Origin: Candidatus Peribacter riflensis
Lineage (GTDB): Bacteria > Patescibacteriota > Gracilibacteria > Peribacterales > Peribacteraceae
Assembly: GCA_001430755.1 (NCBI GenBank)
Contig: CP013062.1
Location: 510,001-542,000, forward strand
DNA: 32,000 nt
Direction of reading: 5' to 3'
Numbering within the stretch: the stretch's first letter is position 1; each line of letters begins with the position of its first letter. The position numbers and the translations under genes were made by a program. The notes beneath the pieces were generated by a model, which saw nothing but the letters and a program-made list of their open reading frames with translations, made no database searches and was not told the DNA's origin. Shown in pieces: positions 25,538-32,000 of this stretch.

Positions 25538-26755
25538 ATGAAGCGCCTGCTCTCCTCGTTCTTCCTCACCGCTCTCTTGTCAACCCTCACCCTGCCCGCC
25601 CTCGCGGCGACCTTTAAGGCAGGAGAAACAGTGAAGGTGACGACTCCCATCAATGACAACGCGTACGTCGTGGGCGGACAGGTGACTGTGGATCAGCCGG
25701 TGCTGAAGGACCTGGTCGTCGCAGGCGGGAACGTGCTCGTCAAAGCGAACGTGCGGGAAGATGTGCTCGCGGCGGGAGGCACGGTGTTCGTGCAGGGCGC
25801 CGTCGGAGGCGATGTACGGATTGCGGGAGGGAATCTGGTGATTGGGGGAACCATCGGAGGGGATCTCGTCGCGGGAGGAGGGACGGTCACGCTGCTGGAC
25901 GGTTCTTCCGTGAAAGGTGATGTGGTGATCGGCGGAGGAGACATCAATCTGGGCGGAACGGTGGGAGGCGACGTGCTGGTGCGGGGCGGGAGAGTACGGC
26001 TCGGGAGCATCGTGAAGGGAGACATCGACCTCCAGGCGGAGGACATCAGCATCTCCGGCTCCGTGGACGGCTCTGCAGTCCTGGCAGGCAAGACCATCTC
26101 GCTCACTCCGGATGCCAAGCTCATGCGCGACGTGCGCTACTGGAGCACGCTTGGAGAGGAACAGTTCGCAACATCGCAACCTCAAATCCGCGGCACGGTC
26201 ACGTTCGACCCCACCCTGCAGCCGCTGCAGGGAAAGAAGTTTGAGAGAGCGGGCAAATGGACGGCAGCCGCCATCATCACCGCCATCATCGGTGTGGGAG
26301 GATTCCTGCTGCTGTCGGCAACGCTCGTGATCCTGCTCCTCGTGCTCCTCACGAAGACGTTCTTTGCCGATAGCGCCAAGTTCCTCTCGAAGAAGACGTG
26401 GACGAGCTTCCTCTACGGGTTCCTGTTCTTCGCGGCGACCCCCGTGGCAGCCCTGCTCTTCCTGATCTCCATCATCGGGATTCCCATCGCGCTCTTCATC
26501 GGCTTTCTGTACGCCTTCGCCATCGTGTTCGCCAATCCCATTACCGCGATCGTGCTGGCACACACCCTGCAGCTCCGGCGCGGCGCGAAGTGGGGCAAGC
26601 CCATGATCATCCTCATGAGCGTGCTCTTCTACCTCGCTTTAAAGATCGTGCATCTGATCCCCATCGTCGGCTGGATGATCTGCGTCGTAACGGTGCTCTT
26701 CGCCTTCGGAGCGGTGCTGGCCACCAAGTGGGCCAAGTGGACGAAGGTGCGCTGA
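25538..26755 (+). CDS. exported beta-helix (bactofilin-like GG.V.V repeat) protein with C-terminal multi-TM anchor
   Basis: Signal peptide MKRLLSSFFLTALLSTLTLPALA. About 10 repeats of the type AGGNVLV..NV..DVLAAGG.V.V.G.VGGDV follow, then about 5 TM helices. Confidence 0.7.
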   Translation: MKRLLSSFFLTALLSTLTLPALAATFKAGETVKVTTPINDNAYVVGGQVTVDQPVLKDLVVAGGNVLVKANVREDVLAAGGTVFVQGAVGGDVRIAGGNLVIGGTIGGDLVAGGGTVTLLDGSSVKGDVVIGGGDINLGGTVGGDVLVRGGRVRLGSIVKGDIDLQAEDISISGSVDGSAVLAGKTISLTPDAKLMRDVRYWSTLGEEQFATSQPQIRGTVTFDPTLQPLQGKKFERAGKWTAAAIITAIIGVGGFLLLSATLVILLLVLLTKTFFADSAKFLSKKTWTSFLYGFLFFAATPVAALLFLISIIGIPIALFIGFLYAFAIVFANPITAIVLAHTLQLRRGAKWGKPMIILMSVLFYLALKIVHLIPIVGWMICVVTVLFAFGAVLATKWAKWTKVR

Positions 26756-26763
26756 GGCAGCAA

Positions 26764-27243
26764 TCAGTGGGTGGCACACAGGTGATGCAGGGCAATACCT
26801 GCAGCCACCGCCACGTTGAGCGATTCTTTCTTGCCGTGCATCGGAATGTGCACGATGTCATCACACAGCTTCAGGAGCTCCTTCGGTACGCCCAACACTT
26901 CGTGACCGACGATGAGGCACACTTTTGCAGGCGGTTCGTACTCTACGAGATCGATGGCTCCCCTCGCCTGCTCCAATGCGACTACGGTGCATCCACGTTT
27001 CTTCAGCTTCGCGACGACCTTCGCAGGATCTTCCGCCTTCTCCCACGCGACGGTTTCTTCCGCCCCCAGCGCCGTCTTGCTGATCTCCCGTCGCGGAGGC
27101 GTAGCCGTGTAGCCGGTGAGATAGATCTTTGCGACTGCGAAGGAATCAGCCGTCCGAAAGAGCGACCCCACGTTCCAGAGGGAACGGATATTGTGAGCGA
27201 GGAGGAGGATCTTTCGGGCCATCAAAGATGAGGAACATGTCAT
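26764..27243 (-). CDS. SpoU/TrmH-family RNA 2'-O-methyltransferase
   Basis: NIRSLWNVGSLFRTADSF, LIVGHEVLGV, IPMHGKKESLNVAVAAGIALH. The start may be ATG 27222 (MARKILLL), since 27239-27243 belongs to a hairpin repeat. Confidence 0.85.
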   Translation of the reverse strand: MTCSSSLMARKILLLAHNIRSLWNVGSLFRTADSFAVAKIYLTGYTATPPRREISKTALGAEETVAWEKAEDPAKVVAKLKKRGCTVVALEQARGAIDLVEYEPPAKVCLIVGHEVLGVPKELLKLCDDIVHIPMHGKKESLNVAVAAGIALHHLCATH

Positions 27244-27312
27244 CCTGAGCTCTGTCGAAGGATGGCATCCTACAATGAATCCCTGTCATGGTTCGACAGA
27301 GCTCACCATGAC
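27239..27312. repeat. REPIN-like hairpin doublet 1
   Basis: First hairpin: GTCATCC-TGAGCTCTGTCGAA-GGATGGC (27239-27266). An 18-nt spacer follows. Second hairpin: GTCATGG-TTCGACAGAGCTCA-CCATGAC (27285-27312). Confidence 0.85.
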
Positions 27313-27324
27313 AGTGGCAGTCTA

Positions 27325-28554
27325 TCATGCAAGTCGCTCCAGCGTACTCGCATGCGGATTCGCAAAGACTTCCAGCACCTCGCGTTTGAGGAGCTCCTGC
27401 TCTTTGACTCCGCGGCAGATGTAGCAAATGCCCGTCTGGCTCCCCTGCCCGATCGCACTGGCCCCCGTGTCGGGCTCGTCTCTGCGGAGGAGCGTCACAG
27501 CCCCTTCTATCGGCGATTTCTGCGCAGGCTCAAGCTTCTTTGTATCACTCTCCCACCGGTAGAATGTGTCGCCCTGCCGCACCATCGCCGTCTCTTTGTT
27601 GGGATTGAAGAACGAAAGACGCGACAGGAGTTCCTCCGGCTTTGCCCGGCCCGGCGCAATGTACTTAAGCTGCGTGAGTGTGAGCCCCGGGACGAGGCGG
27701 TGCGCCGCCTGCTCCACCGTCCGCTCCTCGTTATTGGTAATAATGGTCCCGACAAAAATTTCCGTTGGCTGAGGCGGGCGCAGCGAGACCTTCCACACTG
27801 CACTTCCCTCTCCCTGTGGGAGAGGGGCAGGGTGAGGGGCACGACGCTCGATCCACCGCTTCATCGATTCAAAATACGGCTTTCCATTCTCTGTACGTTC
27901 CGGGTGCGGCATGAGGGCAACGACAGTGCCAGCCGGATTACAGATGCCCGCAATGGAAAATTCTGAACCGTTGGGCGTTACCACTGGGTCATCCGAAACC
28001 TTGCCCGAGGCGTCGCAGTACGAAAACGCCATCTGGTCGTTCTTCTTGATTTCCTTCCAGACATCCTTGTCCTTCGTCGTAAAACGTCCCTCACCATGCG
28101 CAATGGGCAGATGCATCACGCCTTCCCAGTCCGCAGTGGCGCAGCGATCCCTCTTACAGGTAGGCGTGATCCACACCCACTCGCTGATGAAGCCCACGGA
28201 CTGATCGCTGAGTGCATTACGCGCCAAACTCATCTTGAGGCCTTTATCCAAAGGGATGAGCCCGCTCTCGACCAGGATCTGCGCGCCGTTGCAGTTGCCG
28301 ATGATCACCTTGCCCCGCTCGTTCTCTTCATGGAGAAACTGGAGAAGCGGATCGCGCGCGGCCACCATGCCCGACCGGCCACGGTCCTCGTAGCTGAACC
28401 CCCCCGGGATGAAGTACCCGTCGATCCCCTCAAGGTTCTCCTTCGAATCATTCCACTTGAAGAACACGGCCTCCATGCCCGCCTGCTTCACCGCCTTGAG
28501 CGATTCCACTTCACAGTTGTTGCCGGGGAAGCTGAGGACGGCGATGCGCGTCAT
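27325..28554 (-). CDS. purQ: phosphoribosylformylglycinamidine synthase glutaminase subunit (PurQ-like) with ~170-aa C-terminal extension (possibly PurS-like)
   Basis: IAVLSFPGNNCE, IPGGFSYEDR, GNCNGAQIL (catalytic Cys retained), PIAHGEGRF, MPHPERT. The extension ends in ...EVFANPHASTLERL, reminiscent of PurS. The linker APHPAPLPQGEGS is encoded by a palindromic element. Confidence 0.75.
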   Translation of the reverse strand: MTRIAVLSFPGNNCEVESLKAVKQAGMEAVFFKWNDSKENLEGIDGYFIPGGFSYEDRGRSGMVAARDPLLQFLHEENERGKVIIGNCNGAQILVESGLIPLDKGLKMSLARNALSDQSVGFISEWVWITPTCKRDRCATADWEGVMHLPIAHGEGRFTTKDKDVWKEIKKNDQMAFSYCDASGKVSDDPVVTPNGSEFSIAGICNPAGTVVALMPHPERTENGKPYFESMKRWIERRAPHPAPLPQGEGSAVWKVSLRPPQPTEIFVGTIITNNEERTVEQAAHRLVPGLTLTQLKYIAPGRAKPEELLSRLSFFNPNKETAMVRQGDTFYRWESDTKKLEPAQKSPIEGAVTLLRRDEPDTGASAIGQGSQTGICYICRGVKEQELLKREVLEVFANPHASTLERLA

Positions 28555-28581
28555 GGTGCATGCGAAGTGTAACAGAAAAAG

Positions 28582-28657
28582 TGGTACCCCCGGTAGGAAT
28601 TGAACCTACGGCCAACAGGTTAGAAACCTGCTGCTCTATCCACTGAGCTACGGGGGC
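28582..28657 (-). tRNA. tRNA-Arg (anticodon TCT), CCA encoded
   Basis: The reverse complement folds as GCCCCCG-TA-GCTC-AGTGGATA-GAGC-A-GCAGG-TTTCTAA-CCTGT-TGGCC-GTAGG-TTCAATT-CCTAC-CGGGGGT-A-CCA. Confidence 0.9.
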
Positions 28658-28678
28658 ACAAGAGAGAAAAGACCGGAC

Positions 28679-28753
28679 GTCATGGTTCGACAGGGCTCAC
28701 CATGACAGCTATTTGCATTGTATGTGTCATCCTGAGCTCTGTCGAAGGGTGAC
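28679..28753. repeat. REPIN-like hairpin doublet 2
   Basis: First hairpin: GTCATGG-TTCGACAGGGCTCA-CCATGAC (28679-28706). A 19-nt spacer follows. Second hairpin: GTCATCC-TGAGCTCTGTCGAA-GGGTGAC (28726-28753). Unit order is inverted relative to doublet 1. Confidence 0.85.
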
Positions 28754-28834
28754 ACGTGATCAACTGTTATCTCAAATTATAGCAGAGAATTGCCCTTCAC
28801 GGATCCCCTCCTCCACCGCTATACTTTCGTACCG

Positions 28835-29542
28835 ATGAAGTACAAAAGAATCATGCTCAAGATCTCAGGCGAATCGCTCGCCTCCGGTCGCGGTTTTGGC
28901 ATAGAGCACAAGACCCTGCAGAAGATCGCCAAGCGCATCTGTGAGGTCGCCAAGAAGGATATCGAGATCGCCATCGTCATCGGCGGCGGCAACATCTGGC
29001 GCTACCGCGACACCAAAGAGAGCGGCATCGAGCGCACCTCGAGCGATGCCATGGGCATGCTGGCGACCGTCATGAACGCCGTTGCCCTGCAGTCGGCCCT
29101 CGAAACGCAGGGCTGCTACACCCGCGTGCTCTCGGCCGTGGATATCCCGCAGCTCGCGGAGCCCTACATCCGCCGCCGTGCCGTGCGCCACCTCGAGAAA
29201 GGCCGCATCGTCATCTGCGCGGGCGGCACGGGCAACCCCTACTTCACGACGGACAGCGCGGCGGCCCTGCGCGCACTGGAACTGGGCTGCGACATTCTGC
29301 TCAAGGCCACCAACGTTGCCGGCGTGTACGACAAAGATCCGAAGAAGAGCAGGAACGCCAAGCTCTACAGCGAGCTCACCTACCAGCAGGCCATCGAGCA
29401 GCACCTGAACGTTATGGATCAGGCCGCCTTCTCGCTCTGCGCCGATGCTTCGCTCCCGATCCGCGTCTTCGATTTCAACAAGGAAGGGAACTTGCTCAGG
29501 GCAGCGACGGGTGAGAAGATCGGCACCCTCGTGCACCACTGA
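28835..29542 (+). CDS. pyrH: UMP kinase
   Basis: MKYKRIMLKISGESL, VIGGGNIWR, MLATVMNAVALQ, GGTGNPYFTTDSAAALRA. ATG 28835 is preferred over the track TTG at 28790. Confidence 0.95.
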   Translation: MKYKRIMLKISGESLASGRGFGIEHKTLQKIAKRICEVAKKDIEIAIVIGGGNIWRYRDTKESGIERTSSDAMGMLATVMNAVALQSALETQGCYTRVLSAVDIPQLAEPYIRRRAVRHLEKGRIVICAGGTGNPYFTTDSAAALRALELGCDILLKATNVAGVYDKDPKKSRNAKLYSELTYQQAIEQHLNVMDQAAFSLCADASLPIRVFDFNKEGNLLRAATGEKIGTLVHH

Positions 29543-29554
29543 ACCACCGATTTT

Positions 29555-29609
29555 CCTATCCCTAACCCTATCCCTAACCCTATCCCTAACCCTACCCCTA
29601 CCCCCTATC
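29555..29609. repeat. (CCCTAACCCTAT)x3 plus CCCTAC variants, telomere-like C-rich tandem repeat in the pyrH-frr spacer
   Basis: CCTATCCCTAACCCTATCCCTAACCCTATCCCTAACCCTACCCCTACCCCCTATC. The complementary strand carries more than 8 G3+ runs. Confidence 0.9.
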
Positions 29610-29613
29610 TCAC

Positions 29614-30159
29614 ATGCCAAGCCCCCGCGTTGCCGCCTTCAGTATCGAATCAGATAAGGTCCTGAAGTTTCTGCAGAATGAATTCAGCAAGCTGCAGACC
29701 GGTCGCGCTTCGTCCTCGCTCGTGGATCATATTGAAGTGGAGGCCTACGGTCACCGCCAGCAATTGAAGACGCTCGCGGGTGTCACGGTGCAGGATGCGC
29801 GCTCCCTCGTCATCCAGCCGTGGGATCACTCCATCCTCGCGAATGTGGAGAAGGCACTGCAGACCGCAAACCTGGGCACCTCACCGGTGAATGACGGGCA
29901 CGTGCTCCGCGTCAATCTGCCTCCGATGACCGAGGAGCGCCGCAAGGAGCTCACCAAGGTCGTGCAGAAGCTCTCGGAGGAAGCCAAGATTTCGCTCCGC
30001 CAGCATCGCCAGACTGTCCTGGACAAGATCAAGACGGAGGAGAAAGACGAAGACGCCCGGTTCACCCAGCAGGATGACTTGCAGAAGCTCGTAGACAAGG
30101 CGAACGTGCAGATCGAGGAGCTCCGCAAGAAGAAGGAGCAGGAAGTGATGACGGTCTAG
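29614..30159 (+). CDS. frr: ribosome recycling factor
   Basis: LQTGRASSSLVDHIEVEAYG, VQDARSLVIQPWD, NLGTSPVNDGHVLRVNLPPMTEERRKEL. It follows pyrH, the conserved arrangement. Confidence 0.95.
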   Translation: MPSPRVAAFSIESDKVLKFLQNEFSKLQTGRASSSLVDHIEVEAYGHRQQLKTLAGVTVQDARSLVIQPWDHSILANVEKALQTANLGTSPVNDGHVLRVNLPPMTEERRKELTKVVQKLSEEAKISLRQHRQTVLDKIKTEEKDEDARFTQQDDLQKLVDKANVQIEELRKKKEQEVMTV

Positions 30160-30188
30160 GCCTCGCCACCGGGGGAACCACAGGCGAA

Positions 30189-30458
30189 ATGCCTCTGGCG
30201 CACGGCAGGTGTGCTAGAATGATCGTTCGCATGGGTATCCTCACTCCCCTGCTCAGCTGGTGCCTCTTGATCCTCGTCATCGAGATCGCGTTCTGGGGAC
30301 TCTTCAGGCGAAAAATCATGCAGATCTGCCTGCCGATCCACGGGGACGCCATCTTCTTTCACTTCTTCACCGTGTGGCGCCTGCGGCTCTTCGCCATCGT
30401 GCACACCGTCGCACTCATCCTCTGTGTCATCATCGGTCACCTCCTCCTCTGGCCATGA
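30189..30458 (+). CDS. small hydrophobic membrane protein (hypothetical)
   Basis: 89 aa with 3 predicted TM helices. Its stop overlaps the next gene's ATG (ATGA at 30455-30458). The start could also be ATG 30219. Confidence 0.45.
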   Translation: MPLAHGRCARMIVRMGILTPLLSWCLLILVIEIAFWGLFRRKIMQICLPIHGDAIFFHFFTVWRLRLFAIVHTVALILCVIIGHLLLWP

Positions 30459-31030
30459 GCGATCCCGTCGTCTCCGCCGGCTTCAGCTTTCAGGCAAAGG
30501 ATCGTTCCGAGGCCTTTCAGTTCTACTTCCACCAGCACTGGGTCCGCCTCGTCTGGCCCTTCCTGCGCCTGATCCTCTGGAACGTGCTCATCGCCGGAAC
30601 CGGACTCACCATGGTCTTCGGCGGCACCTTTGACGAGCCGCGCACCCGCCACACCATCCTCATCATTCTCACCACGTTCTTCCTGCTCGCGCACTTCGAA
30701 TTCCTGGCACGCTTCTACCACTACCTGCTGTACGTGATCGTGGTGACGGACAAGCGCATCCACCGCATCAAGAAAACACTCCTCACGATGGATGATCAGG
30801 AATCGACGGATCTGTGGGTGCTGCAGGACATCCACAAGCGTCAGCACGGCATCATTCAAAATATCCTCGGCTACGGCAGTCTCATTCTGCAGGCGCAGGA
30901 TACGGAAGTGCGCATCCACTTCACTCCGGCAATCAACAAGCGCTATGCGGCCCTCACGCGTCTGCGGGAGCAGGCACGTGTCTTCGTGAGCCGCTTAGAA
31001 GAGTCTTTTCGCAAATCGCGGACCCCCTAA
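30455..31030 (+). CDS. membrane protein with bPH-like domain (paralog of 9129-9851)
   Basis: Two TM helices, then YVIVVTDKRIHRIKKTLLTMDDQESTDLWVLQDIHKRQHGIIQNILGYGSLILQAQDTEVRIHF. The architecture matches the 9129-9851 product. ATG 30455 is preferred over the track start 30260 (R/H/P-rich extension). Confidence 0.65.
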   Translation: MSDPVVSAGFSFQAKDRSEAFQFYFHQHWVRLVWPFLRLILWNVLIAGTGLTMVFGGTFDEPRTRHTILIILTTFFLLAHFEFLARFYHYLLYVIVVTDKRIHRIKKTLLTMDDQESTDLWVLQDIHKRQHGIIQNILGYGSLILQAQDTEVRIHFTPAINKRYAALTRLREQARVFVSRLEESFRKSRTP

Positions 31031-31114
31031 AGATACTCAAGAACACAACCGCCTGCGCTCGTCAGTGCACGTTCCTTCACAGAGAAGGAACTGCAGTGGT
31101 ACAAATCCGCTCCT

Positions 31115-31663
31115 TTGCGAAGGACACTCATCCTCATCGGCGTGCTGTCTCTGTGTGTGGTCAGCCCCGTGCTCGCGGCGACAAAAGACTGTGCGAGCGT
31201 GCAGCAGAAGAGCGGCGGTGCCACGGCGGTCGCGACCGCCGGTGGCGGTGCCGCGTACCAGAAATGCCTCTTCGACGAGCAGGAAGCAACCATCAAACAG
31301 CAGCTCGCTTCGTACAAGAATCTGATCGACCGGAGCAAGGAATCGGTGAAGACCGCATACGATGCGAAGATCAATGAAGAGAATTTCACATGGAAAGACG
31401 TGGACCTGCACATGCAGTCGGAGGAAGCCGAGCGAAAACTCCGCGTGGCCCAATTGGGCAAAGACAAAGAGCATGCGGAACAGGTTCAGATCGAGAAGAA
31501 TCTCCTCTCCCGCCTGCAGAAGATCCGCTCCCTCACCTCTTCGGTGCACAGCAAGAAAGTGGGCCGCCTCCAGAAGCGCAGGGAAGCCGAATTATCGGAT
31601 TACGACAGTTCCCTGGCGGAATACGAGCTGAAATTGAGACAGCAGAAAATGGCAGCATTCTAG
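31115..31663 (+). CDS. secreted coiled-coil protein (hypothetical)
   Basis: TTG start. Signal peptide MRRTLILIGVLSLCVVSPVLA, then a K/E/Q-rich helical sequence. Confidence 0.5.
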   Translation: MRRTLILIGVLSLCVVSPVLAATKDCASVQQKSGGATAVATAGGGAAYQKCLFDEQEATIKQQLASYKNLIDRSKESVKTAYDAKINEENFTWKDVDLHMQSEEAERKLRVAQLGKDKEHAEQVQIEKNLLSRLQKIRSLTSSVHSKKVGRLQKRREAELSDYDSSLAEYELKLRQQKMAAF

Positions 31664-31766
31664 AGAGGAATGATTAGGACACACCATTTTTCTAAGTCCA
31701 CCAGTCCATCTTGACGCAGATTCTCTCTACGAGGATCCTAACCCTCCTTCCTTCATCTCAAACCCT

Positions 31767-32000
31767 ATGAAGAAGCTCCTCCTTATCTCGGCAACGCTCC
31801 TCCCGCTCCTGTTCCTGGCTTCGAAAGCCCATGCACAGGACTACTCCTACGATTGTCTGTGTTTATTCTCAGACCCAAACGGGACCTGCCGCGAATATAC
31901 GTGCGACGCCTACGAGCGCCGCTCGTACTACAACAACGACTATGACCGCAATGATTATCGTCCCTGCGGAAGTTCCCGCTACTGTGCGTCCTCCACCACC
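31767..32000 (+). CDS. secreted Cys/Tyr-rich protein, 3' end outside the window
   Basis: My own translation: MKKLLLISATLLPLLFLASKAHAQDYSYDCLCLFSDPNGTCREYTCDAYERRSYYNNDYDRNDYRPCGSSRYCASSTT. There is no stop before the window end. It is absent from the track because it runs off the edge. Confidence 0.5.
   Translation, partial: MKKLLLISATLLPLLFLASKAHAQDYSYDCLCLFSDPNGTCREYTCDAYERRSYYNNDYDRNDYRPCGSSRYCASSTT

Noticed and set aside
25580-26563. 327-aa minus-strand ORF
   Set aside because: It is antisense to the signal-peptide/beta-helix/TM protein gene. It is arginine/histidine/aspartate-rich and featureless.
27239-28753. The hairpin doublets as ends of a composite transposon or genomic island carrying purQ-like and tRNA-Arg
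   Set aside because: The segment contains no transposase or integrase and shows no target-site duplication, and both genes are housekeeping-like. I retained it only as a REPIN-like repeat observation.
1-32000. Alternative genetic code (e.g. UGA recoding as in some candidate phyla)
   Set aside because: Conserved genes end at full family length on TGA (pyrH, the 1751-aa protein), on TAA and on TAG. None of the recognised genes shows internal in-frame stops.

Overview
GC-rich bacterial chromosomal window. Conserved housekeeping genes (pth, lepB, secE-nusG, acyP, murJ, mpg, tRNA-Pro, tRNA-Arg, purQ-like, pyrH-frr, SpoU methylase, LemA/TPM pair) are interspersed with three very large secreted repeat proteins that fill about half the window. 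The first is a >2680-aa DUF11-type repeat protein, cut by the left edge. It carries D-rich metal-binding-like motifs, a poly-Ser/poly-Pro hinge and an FPQTG motif. The other two are translationally coupled cysteine-rich-repeat proteins of 1751 aa and 694 aa, built on the CGNG..E.GE.CDDGN...GDGC...C unit. They share an N-terminal 'VYCC' module and a near-identical C-terminal tripartite sorting signal. They sit divergently from a DsbA-fold protein that has lost its CXXC site. I consider this cluster the best candidate for an undescribed system: a dedicated surface-display or adhesion module with its own sorting tag. Non-coding structure is also unusual. TAGGG/CCCTAA-core (telomere-like) short tandem repeats fill several intergenic spacers. 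They create arrays of in-frame stop codons and G-quadruplex-capable tracts. REPIN-like hairpin doublets with compensatory stem changes flank the purQ-like/tRNA-Arg segment. A 14-bp x4 tandem repeat abuts the acyP start, a 21-nt tRNA-Pro 5' fragment is duplicated upstream of the intact tRNA, and there are perfect long intragenic repeats. Shine-Dalgarno motifs are essentially absent and leaders are pyrimidine-rich. Gene content and style suggest a small-genome uncultivated lineage, possibly CPR/Patescibacteria-like. That is a guess and cannot be verified from this window. No CRISPR array, transposase, integrase or reverse transcriptase was seen. Long antisense ORFs in the track are artefacts of GC-rich repeat coding.
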